Positions 1-13,444 of a stretch of 64,000 bases of DNA are shown here, piece after piece. The translations under genes were made by a program, and so were the position numbers. Position 1 is the stretch's first letter, and each line of letters opens with the position of its first letter. The DNA is from Moniliella sp. 'wahieum' (lineage: Eukaryota). The notes beneath the pieces were generated by a model. That model was not told the origin of the DNA and ran no database searches. It worked only from the letters and a program-made list of their open reading frames with translations. Where the stretch lies: NCBI GenBank assembly GCA_003971905.1, contig RSEE01000116.1:1-64000 (forward strand), in the 5' to 3' direction.

Positions 1-13
1 CCCTAACCTAACC
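1..13. repeat. Telomere-like repeat (CCCTAA-CCTAA-CC) at the window start
   Basis: Starts ccctaacctaacc, the C-rich strand of (TTAGGG)n in left-end orientation. The missing C fits the homopolymer deletions seen elsewhere. Only about 2 units. Confidence 0.4.
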
Positions 14-220
14 TATCCTTCCGCCTCGCACTGGCCCGTGCCCCGCACGTGCATCACGTGACACATCTGTGAGGCCATTATGGTATCGTTGTGATGGCCA
101 TGTGATGCCCCTGTGATGCCGGTGATGCATGCAATGTATGCGTCCGCAATGCTGGTGGTGGCGATGGCCACGACGCGGACCATCATGGCGACGCCGCGGA
201 CGATGGGCATGGCCTCGACG

Positions 221-1455
221 ATGGCCAGCAGGACGACGAGGCACGTCCTCCTAGGCCTGCGCGCCACACCACTTCATCCTCTCCATCTGCATCTCCATCT
301 CCCTCCGCCCCCTGCACCTCAGCCTGCCTCCACCCGCCGGTACGCCAGCACGCACTACCGCCGCTGGGACCGCCTCCTTCGCGCCTCGGCCATGGCAGAT
401 CCAATGGCAATGGCCATGGCAATGGCCATGGCAATGGCAATGGGAGTGGCAATGGGTACGTCTCGCGCACGCCGCGATGGCTTCTCGTGCTGGTCGGTGT
501 GGGAACGGGGTACGTGGCAGCGCACCTGGACCAGGTACCCGGGACCGGTCGATGGCGGTTCCTCCATGTATCAGCGGCGTCGGACGCGGCGTTGGCACGG
601 GATGCGTACGACGCTGCGTTAAGGCAGTATTCTGGTGCGATTTTGCCCCCCTCCGATCCGCGCGTGCAGCAGGTTCAGCGCGTCGTGGCTCGCTTGGTGC
701 ATGCCATGGCCCACCTCCACGGGTGGTCGCGAGGGCAATGGCGATGGGGGGGGCGATGACAATGGTGGTCCACCGTGGCCTATGCTCACGGACCCGAAGC
801 AGTCGTGGCCGGTGCACGTGGTGGCGAGCGAAGAGCGCAACGCATTCGTCTTACCTGGCGGGCAAATTTTCGTGTGCACGGGGTTGCTCCCTGTGGCAGA
901 CGGAGGATGGGTTGGCAGCGGTGGTGGGGCACGAGATGGCGCATCAGCTGGCACGTCATGCGGCTGAGAAGGTGAGTCGTGTACAGTTGGTCGTCCTGGT
1001 TGCTGGGACACTAAGTTTGATGCTTGGGATCGATGCTGCTTGGACCCACACTCTGGTCCACCTCGCGCTCGGATTGCCCAACTCGCGCGCCATGGAGCGC
1101 GAGGCCGACTTGCTCGGTCTCCGATTGATGGCTGCTGCATGCTACAACCCGCTGAGGCCGAGCACTCTGGACGCGCATGCAGGCTGCTGAAACGGCTTCG
1201 AATTCCGGGTCCGAGTCGTCGCCTTTGGCCACGACGATGGAACGCGTCTTGTCCACCCACCCAGTCACCCAGGACCGCATTCAAGCTATCCACCAAGCCT
1301 TGCCTGACGCCCAACTGCTCCGCCGCCGCGCGGGCTGTCCTCCTCTCTCGTCGTCGCCTTCGTCGTTGTCGTTGCGGTCGTTTGCGCGCGATCCGCCACT
1401 CGGCTCGCTCCTTGGCTTCCCCCACCGCCCGCGCCCTCCATCGCCAACGTGGTGA
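221..1455 (+). CDS. OMA1: Mitochondrial metalloendopeptidase OMA1 (peptidase M48), frameshifted
   Basis: Pieces across frames: HLDQVPGTGRWRFL, ILPPSDPRVQQV, NAFVLPGGQIFVCTGLL, LAAVVGHEMAHQLARH (HExxH, ~930-944), LPNSRAMEREADLLG, LSTHP..QDRI. Arg-rich presequence-like start at ATG 221 (start uncertain). Confidence 0.9.
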
Positions 1456-1821
1456 ACCAAGCCGGGGCGTATCCAATGAGATGGGATTGGATCGCATGTC
1501 CATCTCTTTACACACACTACTTATACACACCACTTACACTCCCACTGACGCACACACCAGCAGACCGATGTCCCTGGCCTCGCCGTGCGCAACACGAGCA
1601 AACCTTCTCCCCTTGCTTTGCTTTGCCTTGCCTTCCCATCCTAGTCTATGCTAGCCTATCATATTCCATTCCATTGCATTGCATTCATTGCATTCCCTTT
1701 ACGGTCTGGAGAGGGGGTGAGTTTGGGTTTCGGGAGTCGCGAGGCGTGTTGTACCATTTTACCGTACCGTTTTTACCGTTAAGCGCGGGCTTGGATGGGG
1801 GGAGACACCAACCCATGGAGC

Positions 1822-4196
1822 TCAACGCTCCTTACGCGCCCTAACCGCCGCACTGAGGGCCCACGAAGCAGAAGCGAGCAACCCGACCGAAGCGACCGTC
1901 GTCGCGGCCTGGACTAGACGATGCACGACTTTATCCTGCCACTGACGACGGGCCAGCACGTCAGCGTACGGCCGGGTGGAAAATGTGACCATGGTGTAGA
2001 GGCTGTGCCAGCGACCAGAGGGCAACCAACGCATCAACGTAGCGTCCAACCGTGTGCGAATACGGTACCCGACCGAAACGACTTTGCTTGCCATTTCCTC
2101 GTAGTTGGCCAGTGCAAGCGTGACGATCGCATGCGCGTCGCGCACGTGCGTTTGGGTGTAGGTTCGGTAGGCTGTGCGCAGTGCCGAGCGCGTTTCGTCT
2201 ACCCCGCACCGACGGCCGAGGCAGTAGAGGCAAAAGTGGAAGTAGATGTATCGCGCAATGGGGATGGGAACGGGTGTACGTGGCCCAAGAGTCCCGTTCC
2301 AGTCTTTGTGGCGCCAACAGCACGATCGAGCGCATCGAGCAGCACCCGTACGTCCTCCAAGCCAGCATTGAGCCCTGGCCATAAAATGGGACTTGGGCAT
2401 GGGCTGCATCGCCCAGGATCAGCGCTCGGTCCTTGTAGTGGTGCGGCGCGCAACGCAGTACGCCCAAGTTGCTCGGTCGACGCGTGGAGAGGTGCTCGAC
2501 TACCGCAGAGGGCGTCAAGAGTGCAAGTGCATCAGGGAAGTGGGTTTGGAAAAAGGCCAGTTGACTCGTTGCTGTCACCCCAGCGCCACTCCCACTCCCA
2601 CTCTCACTCTCAGTGCCTGTTCCGGCGGCGGTGTCCGCATTGAGCAAGGCGGCGGTGAGGGAGCTATCGTCGTCGCCGGCCAAGGCGGCTGGGGTGAGGT
2701 AGCGCGCATACACCTCAAATGGCGCAAAGAGCGTGCAGGTAAAGCTGCCATCGGGATTGGGCAGTGCAATGAGCATAAACTGGTGCCGGGGCCAAATGTG
2801 GAGGTGGTTAGGATCGAGTAGGTACTCGTCTGCGTCCACTGTGGTCTTCTTAGTCTTGCCATTGCCATTGCCTTGGTCTTTGCCCTCATGCTCGTGCTCG
2901 TGCTCGCGCTTGTTCACTTCTTCGTCCGATGGGACGGCACACGTGGCGCCTGCCGCACCAGCACCGACGATCCGGCGCGGGCGATCGGCACTGAACCGCC
3001 TTACGGCTTTGCGCACCGCTGGGTCCGGGTGACGCGAGCGAGGGGGAATGGTCAGTTCCACGTACCCACTGTTGATCCAGCGCTGTTCCACGTCGAACCG
3101 CGGGACTTGTCGTGCCAGCTCGGTACGCACCACCGAGTTCACCCCGTCGCAGCCAAGTAGCGTGTCGCATGCCAAGACCACGTGTCGCGGGACCTCCTCT
3201 GTGTGAGTGGGATCCCGCGCTCGGTTGTGAGGCTAAACGTAGCTTGCACCGGGAAGGTCGTGGCCGTGTCTGTGTCGGTGGTCGTGGGAGGTGCAGATGC
3301 AGACGACGCGGGCGAATTTCTTTGGCCGCTTCCAAATTCGCTCCGACCAACTTGTGTCCAAACAACCCATCAATCAACGGGTGCGCCAACGCCGTTGCCA
3401 GCAACACGTCGTTCAACCGTCCGCGGTCAATCGAATTGATCGCATCCCCGTCAAGGGCGCATACGCTTGCGAGTCCAGTACCGTCCCGACCACACTAGGT
3501 GTCGCAGCTGCTGCCACCCACGCGGAAGCTGTGTCCGTCTGGGCGTCCTTAGCGTCCTTCTCGCCCTTGGGGTCCTTCTCGCCTTTGGGGTCCTTGGGGC
3601 CCTTGGGGTCCAAGTCCGAGGCGGACAAGAACGGCGGCAGCGGGCGAGTGGGCGCAGTATGGATCATCCGGCCTCGCATCGGCACACTTTCGTCCAACAA
3701 GATTTGAGCCACATTCTGCACCAGATCAGTCCCCTCAATCACCTCCACTTCGACTTGCACCTCGCCTTGCGTTCCCTCCTTGGCCTGCTTGTCCTGTGTG
3801 ATGTGGGTGGGGTTGTGGGCAGCAGGACGCGGGAGAGTGATGGGCGCCTCGCCACCAGCCCACGACGTAAGTGCCGACAGACCCGCCAACCCGCGCGTGC
3901 TGATGGCCAAGTTGACACTACGTTGTCCGCTCCGCCCGGGCGTCGGCGTCGGCGTCGGCGTGCTCGCATCCGTACCAATGGCAGTACCAGTGGCAGTGGT
4001 GGTGGCAGTGGTGCCGTCGGTGACAGTGGCAGTGCAGTGGTGGTGGGGGAGGTGGGTTGTGGTGTGGTGTGCGTGGGTCGGGGCGAGCGTCACAGAGCCG
4101 AACGTGGCATCCGCGCTGGGCGAGGCCGAGCGCAGCTGCGCACCCGACCGGCCCGGCGCCAACGACGATCACTTCCAGTGGCGCGGAGGAGGACAT
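1822..4196 (-). CDS. BNA4: Kynurenine 3-monooxygenase (FAD-dependent), frameshifted, with long low-complexity inserts
   Basis: VIVVGAGPVG FAD motif, [87 protein letters not shown], C-terminal hydrophobic anchor. Confidence 0.92.
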
Positions 4197-4960
4197 GGGT
4201 GGGGAGCAAGAACGACAACGAGAACAAGAGGAGGAAGAGAAGAGAGAAGAGAGAGAGAAAAGAGGAAGAACAACCGATTGGGACAAGAGGTTGAAGAGTG
4301 AAGAGTGAAGAGTGCTAGTGAGATGAGATGGGAAGAAGACGAAAAGCGCAGCAGGGACGTGTGACGCATGACGTGTGACGTGTGAGATGGGACGCGTGAC
4401 AGCCGTCGAGCAACGGGGAAGAAGGGAAGAAGGCGCGGGGGCAGCACGGCGCCACTTTGGCGCGGACAGGCCACGCGAAAGCCAATGGGATTCAAACTTG
4501 CAAACAAGAACTAGTAGGCACGACGCAAAAGTGCACAAGTGCGCTCGGAGTACTCGACGTTTAACTCCACGTTCCACTCCGTTTCTCTCTCTCGCGGCCA
4601 AGTGGAGCGATCCGGACGGCAGGCACGGCCGCACGCATGGCGGTGGGTCAATATCAATATCAATATTCGTTCAGCGGAGGCGGTGGTGGGCTGCGGTCCA
4701 GAGTCCACTTTGGCGGAGGTGCTGCGCTTTTGCTTTTGCTTTTGCTGAGGGGTTTCTTCAGAGCAGGAGTAGGAGAGGAAGGAGGAAGGAGTGTACTAGT
4801 AGGAGTACTAGGAGTAGGTCGTCTGTCGTGTCTGTGCGTTTCTGCCCTATCGTGCTTGTCCGTCTGGGCCCACTGCAGTCTATAGTAGTCTACACCACGG
4901 CAGGCGCGTTTGTGTTGAAGTTCAACTGTATTCTCCGTCTTCTTCTTTGTGATTGTGGTT

Positions 4961-5032
4961 GTCTTTGTCTTTGTCTTCGTCTTCGTCTTCGTCTTCGTCT
5001 TCGTCTTCGTCTTCGTCTTCGTCTTCGTCTTC
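4961..5032. repeat. (CTTCGT)n/(CTTTGT)n microsatellite
   Basis: About 12 tandem hexamers seen directly. Confidence 0.95.
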
Positions 5033-5623
5033 ATATTTGTCTTTGTCGTCCTCCATCATATATCATGCCCCAGCGCCAATCGAGTCGGCTCTCTGCCGGC
5101 GCCGATCTGCGCAGTGGCTTGCCCCTATGTCCGTTCGCGACTACTAAGTACCATAGCACACCCCCCTACCGCCCCCTGCTACTCCTCCCGTCCAAGCATC
5201 TCAGATCTCAAGCCTCTGACCTACCCCACCACAAGAACGTAGCCAAACGCACATGCGATTCCCACGGTGGTACGGTACGCCCGCTTGCGCTGCGCCCGCG
5301 GGTGGGACACCACTCCACCTGTCCCTCCTCGCTACCCACCCACACCATCCCTCAACCCACAGCCCACACCCCACCCACCTGGGGCAGGGGGAGAAGCAAC
5401 AATGCAGGAAGACAGATAGGCGAGAAGGAAACCAGGCAACCAGGCAACCAGGCAACCAGGCGAAAGAGCAAGAAGACAAGAAGGCCAAGACCAAGGCCAA
5501 GGCCAAGGGGCAAGGAACAAGGAACAAGCCCACCCCACCAGGCCCAAACCATCCATCCATCCATCCAACGGGCAAGAGAGAGGCGGCACTCTCGTCTCGG
5601 TCCAGTTCAAGTTCAGTTCAGGT

Positions 5624-6991
5624 TCAGTTCCAGATATCCGCAAACGGATCTTTCTTAGGCGCCGCCCGGATCCCAACCCCGACCCCGACCCCGATACGGA
5701 TCCCGAAGCGGATGCGGATGGGGCCGAAGTGCCCCACAAGTCGGTCAACCCACCACCGCCACCCGTACCGGCACCACCGCTCGGACCGGACGACGAGCCG
5801 GCGTTGCTCGTGGTGGACCACATGCCCGGCGTGACGGGTGCAGCGGGGGGTACGCACTCCGCCCCACGCACCCAAGCCACCTCCCGCAGCACCAGCACCA
5901 GCCGCACCGCACCTCCAGCAGCAGGGGAAGACCAGGGGTTAGGATCGGGAGCGGACCCTGAACCGGGTAAGGCCATGTGCCCAACGCCGGTTCGGCCACG
6001 GGGTTGGGCGGGACGGGCTGGTTAAATGCCGGGGCGGTATGGAAGAGGGACATGATGTTGGCCTTGACATTAGGAGCTGCGGCGGTCGATCCGGTAGAAG
6101 AAGATGTAGCTGGCGCTGGAGGGGCAGATACGGGCGTGTCCCAGTCTTCGTCGAATAGTCCTCCTCCTCCTCCTGCGCCTGTGCCTGCGGCTTGGCCTGA
6201 GGTTGTGCCTGCTGTAGCGCCCGTTGCTGCTGCCGCACCAGCCGAGGGGGAAGCGGGGGAAACCGTCGACGGCGCCGGGGTAGAGAGGGCAGAATGAGAA
6301 GGCGTGTTGAGCGGGGACAAACGGGACTGCAATCCGTCACCAGGTAACGCTGTTGTGCTAGCTGCTGCGGTCGAAACCCCACTCAGCACCGACGCATCGT
6401 CATCGTCAATCAAGTTGATCGCCGGTGGCGGCGGGCGGGATCGTACGTCGTCCGCCCGCGGCAGGGGCTCCGGGAGCACCTGCCGGCGTGGCGGGCGCGA
6501 CAGATGCCGAAGCGGATGGGGCGGCGGAAGTGGGAGCCGCAGCTGGGGCAGAGGCAGAAGCAGAGGCAGATGCCAGGTCGTCCAGCACGCTCGGGTCTCC
6601 GGGACAGGGATCTTCATAGCCCAGCGACGGAGCTCGTACTTGCTCCGAATGAAGGCTTCGATCTTGTGTTCCGGGGGCACGTGGCCAGGTTTGAGCGAGT
6701 GTTCCCAGTAGGCGTTGGCGCGTGCATTGCCCCACTGCTGGATGGAGTGCATCTGCTCGGGGGTCCACACGTCCAGATCAATGGACTTGACACGCGAGAT
6801 GTGGGTGCCCATGGCGCGGTGGAAGCCGCTGCAGCGGATGCACACAAACACACCAAGTTCCACGACGCCCAGCGCGGATCGTTGCGCTTGCAGTCGGCAC
6901 ACACTTTGTTGGCGCCCGTCTTGACCAGCGCACGCAGCGTGCGTGCGAAGGCGTCGGTCTGCGCCTTGGGCTGGCGGTTGCGCGCGGACAT
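5624..6991 (-). CDS. ArfGAP-domain protein (Age2/SMAP-like), frameshifted
   Basis: [54 protein letters not shown] (C-x2-C...C-x2-C zinc finger plus Arg finger), FIRSKYE, low-complexity middle, C-terminal DPFADIW. Confidence 0.9.
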
Positions 6992-7264
6992 CCGGGCGGC
7001 AGAGACGGCGATGGAGGCGGCGATGGAGGCGGCGGGCAAGACGCACACGCCGAGCACGACGCCGAGAGCGAGCACTAGCAGGATGCTGCCAGCGGGGCGG
7101 TGTGACGTGGCCGCGCGGCTTACCTCAGCGGGCGCATTGTCCTCACAATATTTCAGCATCGTCACATCTTCATCACACTATCATCACCATTTGCCTCCTC
7201 CTATCGTCCTTGCCATCTCTGTGTGTGGAATCGAATAGCACGCATTAACACCGATATATGGGTA

Positions 7265-10200
7265 CTACGCCTGCCGCACAGGCGGAGGGAACGCGCCCAT
7301 CCCACCCGGGATGGGCGGGATGGGCACGAGGGTGGGATCAACAAACGTCGCCTCGCCCAGCATCAGCCGACACAGCCGCACCACCTCCTCCACCGCCTCG
7401 ACAATCTCACTCAGCAGCACATGTTCCGCCAGCAGGAACAGCACCGCCGCTTCCACGTGTTTGCGCGCCGGAGCCGTACGCCGCCCGCGCGCCTCCGCCC
7501 GCCCCGGCCGCGCCTAGACGATGGGGAGCGCGCGGAGGAGCGTGCGCACCACCGGGCGCCACTTGGTGTCCAGTGGAGTGTACGTGCGCGTGCGACGGGG
7601 ACGGGGAGGGGTCACGCTCCGTGTCGCTGTGCTGCGGAGAAGCAGACTGGGGCCACATGGACCGTCGTCGACGCGGTGCGTCCATATCGACATGCACCAC
7701 AGGTACCTCGTCCGCTGGGACCCACGTGGCTGTCGCTGTGGTTTCCTCGGCACTCGGTCGTCCCTTGGCGGTTGGCTTGCGCTTGCGCGTGCGCGGTGCT
7801 TCTTGCCCTGGGTCGGACTCTGGGTCTGGGTCTTACTCTTACTCTACTCTTGTCCCCGCAAGTCGGTTGTGTGTGTTTGGGGCTGAGCGGGAGGACCAGG
7901 GCTGAGTCCAAGTCCATCCTGTCGTCTCGTCTGCCCCATCTGCCCCATCTGCCCCGTCCGATCCGTCCAGGGCAGGCCAAAAGGATACAGGGTGGATCGG
8001 CGCATCGGGCACATCCACCGACGTACTCACACGTACCACCGGCGTAGGTTCCGTCCGGTGCAGACGTAGTGGTGGGAACGGCCGCCTCATTCTCATTCTC
8101 ACCCTCACGCGTACCACCAGCACCGGGGGAAAACGTAGGAGCGCGCCGTGCTGTCCAAGCGGACGGCGGGGAGGATAAGGCGGAGGAAGAAGCTCGTCGC
8201 GCTCGCGTTCCCGTTCTTGGTCGCGCTCGCCATCGGTGGTGGTTGTGGTTGTGGTAGTGTTTGTGTTCGCGGAGGAGGCGGGGGGGAGTGCTTGACACTG
8301 CCACTGGCACTTGGTCGGCGGGTGCGCGCGGCCTGGCCGACAGCGAGCGAGGCGGACAAGGGAGCGGAGAGGGAGTAGGCGCGGCGGGTGCGCACGGGCC
8401 GTAAGAGAGGCGAAGTGTGTGGTGAACGCGAGGCGGAGCGGCGGGAAGGACGAGGTGGAGAAGAAGAGAAAAGGGGGAAGAAGAAGTGGGGGGGAAAGGA
8501 AAAGGAAAAGGGAAAGAGGACGACGGTGGGTCGAGGGCAAGGCCGAGGAGGAGGATCGGTGCTGAAGGCCGAGGGTGAGCGCGCGGAGGTGAGTGCGTGG
8601 AGATGGGAGGAACTGGGGCAAAGGGGAGCGAGTGGCAAGTGCCTGACCGGCCGACCAGAGACACAGCATGAGCGCCGCAATGAATGCGCGTCGAAGTTCC
8701 ATCACGTTGCCCACGGCCGCGTGGCGGAGATGACGCAGCCCGTGGTCGCGACAGAGACGCAGACCTGTCAAACGGTCTGCCATCGTCTGTAGCTCCGCGA
8801 GCAACTGCACCTGTACACCCAGTGGGTCGGGCACGAGGCTCGGCTCGGACGTGACGAGCGCCAAGAGCGCGCGACAGGTCGCCACGCGCGCACCGAGCTG
8901 CGCCTCACGCACAGCAAAGTACCGCGTTGCCGAGGCGGACGGCGCAAAGCCCGCTTGCATCATGTGCCGCGATAGGGCGAGGTAGTAGTGTCCCAAGTCG
9001 CGTGCGAGTCCGCCCACGTGCCGCGCAAGCTTGGCTCGCGCATGGTACGGCCACACCAGCAGGTTGACCATCATCGCCGCTACGATGCCGAGGAAGATCT
9101 GGTACCCTCGGTTCCAGCCTAGCTCAACCACCGTGCGGTACTCGAGCCCCAGGTAGGGAATCAGCGCTACCACGAGTAGGTCACCCCGTACACGATCCCA
9201 AAGGATGTGGCCCAGGTTTGCGTTAAAAAGTACGCCGAAATCACCTCCACCACCGCCATGCACACCCCTAGCGCCACCCCTTCTCCGCGCGAGATCTCGT
9301 AGATCACCACCCCCGTCACAGCCCCGGCGATCGTAGCTGCCATACGCTGCAGCGAGATCATCAGCGTCGCCGCTGTCCATCCCATCCCCCATCCCAATCA
9401 CACCGCATCCCCATTCCATCCGTCAGCAATTCGCATCCAACGCATCCATATCGCACACCACAACGCACTGCAACGTACCGTCGACGTCTCCAAGCACCAG
9501 ACGTAAGTAATTATAATCCACTGTGCACGGGGCAGCGACGAACCAACGACGCCCACTCCCACCACACAGTTGGGCAAAGCTAACAGCGTATTGCCCGCAG
9601 CCAACTTGAGTGCAAACTTGAGGTGCCGTGACCGCCGCACCGATCGGATCCACCGCGATAGACGGAGTCGGTACCGCAACATACGCCTTGTGCGTGCTAA
9701 CTCGTGCACACGATGACCTAGATGCTGTACCGACCAACGTGATCCCACGTTTGGGTCAGGTCCTGCGTCTGCACTTGCACTTGCACTTGCGCCAGTGGTT
9801 GCACCAGCGGCTGTGCCAGCAGTTGTGCCAGCAGGTGGGGTGGCGGTGGTGGTGGCTCCAGTTCCTGCCCGTCCCAGGCCGAGTGGGGCTGAGCATGCAC
9901 ACGCCCACGCAGGATCCACTGAGCATCCGAGTCGAGCGGGAAGAGCGTGTCGGGATCCACGTCCATCCAAGGTCGGTCCACTTGTTCCGCCAAGTTTTTC
10001 TTTCTCTTCGTGCGTGAGGTGCTCCTGCGGTGGCGGTGGGGTCGTGCCCCTGTGGGTCTTTTTCCATTTGGTGGTCCTGCTCCTGCACGTTCTCGTGCTC
10101 ATGTTGGTGGGGAGCTGCACCCCCCATACCCATACCGAATCCAGGCCCCAACCCCAACCCAGCAATCGACATGGTGGGGTCAGTAGCACCCGCCGCAGCC

Positions 10201-13200
10201 GCTGCAAACAGCATCTTGGTGACCTTGTACGGCATCTGCATCCGCCACCAACGCATCTTCCAACAACCCTTCTTCTTCTACTGTGGCGGCAAACCGACCT
10301 TCTGGCCCTCCGGCTCCAGTGGAGTTCATCCCGGTTCGAGTAGGTACGCCGCTTGCGCCGCTCCGGTCCCTAGCATCATTGGGATTCCCCCCCACCACCA
10401 CCACGGGTTGTACTTGGACTTGTGCGTGTGCGTGTGGTAGGGCCAGTGGCAGAGGTAGCGGAAGTACCTGTGGGAGGGGCGGTGCGGCCACTGGACGCAC
10501 CTGTAGCATGGGGGTTCGCGCATGGTCCGCGGCAGTAGGTAAGCCCGCGAGGGCCGGACCAGAGCACGGGCGGTCCCAGCGCCGGTCGAGCAAGGTTAAC
10601 ATGCGCATGGGATAAGAGTGATCCCAGACGTCCCATAGGCCAGTAGAGGCGTCGATCGTTGTGCAAGGTACACCTGCAAACCCTGTTGGCTTAAACTGAG
10701 CAGCGAGTGCACTTCGTGCGCCAGCTCGAGGAGCGAGACGAGCAGCGCAGATGCCACGTACAGGTCCGGGTCGAACCGCGCTACGTGGTCCAAAAGCGCT
10801 TCGGCAGACGCTACGTCCAGCGTGGAAGGAGCCGAAGGCCGAGACGGAGGCGTGCATGCGCGAGCGGGAGAGGTAGGCCGCCGACCGAAGGAGTAGGATG
10901 AGTTTCCACGTGCCCAGGAGAAGGAGGAGGACCGTCCGCCCTCCACCTTGGCACTCCTTAGCCCCTCCTTAGCACCCTGCGCTGCGGCTGCAGCTACGGC
11001 CGCAGCGCGCACCCACGCCGCCCGACCAAAGTGCGCCGTAAACAAACTATCGAGCGTAAGGGCAAAAGACTCGAGCGCACTCGCCAGTTGTACCTGGACA
11101 CGGGCTACGTCCCTGGCCAACTGCTCGGCTTGCGACGCTCAGTCCGAGAGGTAGGGACAGGGATGTGGAAGTACCCTGCCACTGTGCGCGCGCCCTGGCA
11201 TCCCGCTCACGCACTTCCCGGTCGAACGTCCCCCTCGGTTGTTGTCTCGTCTTCGAGTTCGGCAGGACGGACTGCTTCGCCTGAGGCGGAGGCGGAGGAT
11301 GAGGATGAGGCGTCTTGCTCTGTCGCGCGCGGCGCGTGCTCAGAAGGCGGAGTGGGCGAACCCACAGGGGAAGAGCCCATGCCCGTACCCAACCCATGCC
11401 GTGGTGATCGTCACAGCACTCGAGATGGTCCGATCGCACGGTGCAGGACCGAAGTGAGTCAGAACAGGTAAGTGAACTTGGTCCAACGCGAGTCTGCTTC
11501 TTCATACAGTTTCTCCGTCTCCTCGCCCCCCTCGTACCCTTCCCCCGTCGTACTCTTCCTCCCCTCGTCTTGTTATACATTTCGTCTTCAAACCCCTCGT
11601 CCTCGTCCGCGTCAACGTGTGGTCATCGACGTGCGTGTGCGTCTGACCGGACCTAGACGCGTCCCACGTTTCGTCGTCCTCCGTCCGCTCGCCCACCTCG
11701 CCGCGTCGGTCTCATGGTCGTCGTGGCCATCTTGGGCGTGGGGCGCGCGGCCTGCGCCATGGTCATGCGTTGGGGTTGCGGTTGGGGTTGGCCAGGAGAC
11801 TGGGGGGACTGGGGGGACTGGGGGGACTGGGGCCGGTGAGAAGGGCGGGCAGGTGGGGGAGACCGGCGAGGGCGGGAGGAAGAAAGGGCAGGAGAACGAG
11901 TAGAACGAGGAGAACGAGGAGAACGAGGATGAGAACGAGAAGAAGGAGGAGGAAGGGCAGTGGTCGGATGCCAGTGGGCAGCGAGCATGCGCGCAAGTAA
12001 GCGTTGTTGGTCAGGAAGGGGAAGGGAAGGTAACGGATCCGTAGGTCGACGCGAACGGGACGCGCAACGCCCGCTACACCTTTGCTCCAAACGTCGGTTT
12101 GGGTGCGGTGCCAACGGGAAAAACAGGCACGGCTTGACTGCGGCTATGACTGTCTTTAGTGGTGCCTTTGGTGCTGCCGTCGTGGTGCGTGGGGTGGGGT
12201 TGGTTGTTGCTGCTGGTGGAGGGGGTGCCGCCACCATGTCGATGCCCAACCCCATCCCACATGCAATCCATGTCGCATGCGCACGAGGACCGGCACCACC
12301 ACTACATAGTGCCTTGGGGCAATGCGGGCGTAGCTCACTCGTACGACGCCGCATGGAACGTCGATCCCAGGCTGGCCAATGTCGTGCGCAGCGTCGCGCG
12401 CAGCTGCACCAAGCGCGGCGAGGCGGTGGTGTGTCGCGGCCGGGGCGCAGGGGACGAAGAATTAGGAGAAGAAGAAGAAGATGGTGGGGGGGCAAAAAAT
12501 CCAAGGTAGTTGGTGCAGAATCAAATCGACAGTATGTAAGAAGGAAGTGAGTTGGTCCACTACCACCTCGTTCGCTGTCTTGGGCCGCACCAGCATCGTT
12601 GCCAACAAGCATACTCCGCCACTGCACAGCGTCGGCCAAAACAGGTTCAAAAATGTCGCGCCACGAATCTCGCTTGCGCCCATGGTCAGGATCCAGACCA
12701 TGTTGAACAAACAGTTGCGCGTCCCAGGCTTCATCCGCGGCACGGCCGATTGCACATACGCCGCTGCACACGTTAGTAGCAGCATGCCCATTGCGCTATC
12801 GCACGTGCTTGGCCAGTGCGATACGCCTCGTCGCACCGGCGTGGACGTGGACCCGGCACGAGCGCGCGTACCGATTGTCCCCACACCGCACAGGCCACAC
12901 GAGAAAAGATACGGCACAGCCAATCGTGCCTCCGACGAGGCGATGCAGAACAGTTCGAGTTGGCCGCCAAGCGTGGGTGGGGGTGGGGGTAGTAGAGAAG
13001 GTGGATGAAGGGTAGGAGGAAGGAGGAGAGAGCCCATCCAGCGTGCCGAGGGCTTGGCGAGGATGAGGGCGTTGGCCATGATGAGTGGCCAGGAGTGCGG
13101 GGAGCAGGTCGAGCAGCACGGGCAGGCGCGGGCGCACGCGGCGGTGCGAGGCGGGTGCGCCAGGGGGGGTGGTGGGGGTGGGGGGGAGGGGCAGGTGGCT

Positions 13201-13316
13201 GGGGGAGGAGGTGGGAGGTGGGTGGAGGTGGAGGTGGGAGGTGGAGGTGCTGCTGTGTGCTCTGCTGGGGATGTGCTTGAGAGAGGGGACGAGGCGGGGA
13301 GGGCAGCGGCGGCCAT
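7265..13316 (-). CDS. FUSC/aromatic acid exporter-family membrane protein (ArAE_2-like), frameshifted, at least one intron
   Basis: TM-rich segments, HLKFALKLAAG..RAQWIIITYVWCLETST, RGYQIFLGIVAAMMVNLLVWPYHARAKL, ALATRSPLPQFLPSPR, C-terminal LLAEHVLLSEIVEAVEEVVRLCRLMLGE. Intron near 9418-9477. Ends approximate. Confidence 0.75.
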
Positions 13317-13444
13317 GGCCACCGCAGGACGATGGTGGAGATATGGGATGGTGTTCCTTGGAAAAGCACGCTGTTTTGTTTTGTTCCGTCGTTCTGCCGG
13401 TTGCCTGAGTCGGATTCAGCGTCCGATTCACTTCCCGCCTGCAA

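Noticed and set aside
4375..5658. 427-aa plus-strand ORF and similar long ORFs in the track
   Set aside because: Built from microsatellites and GC-rich DNA, or antisense to real genes. No domain signal.
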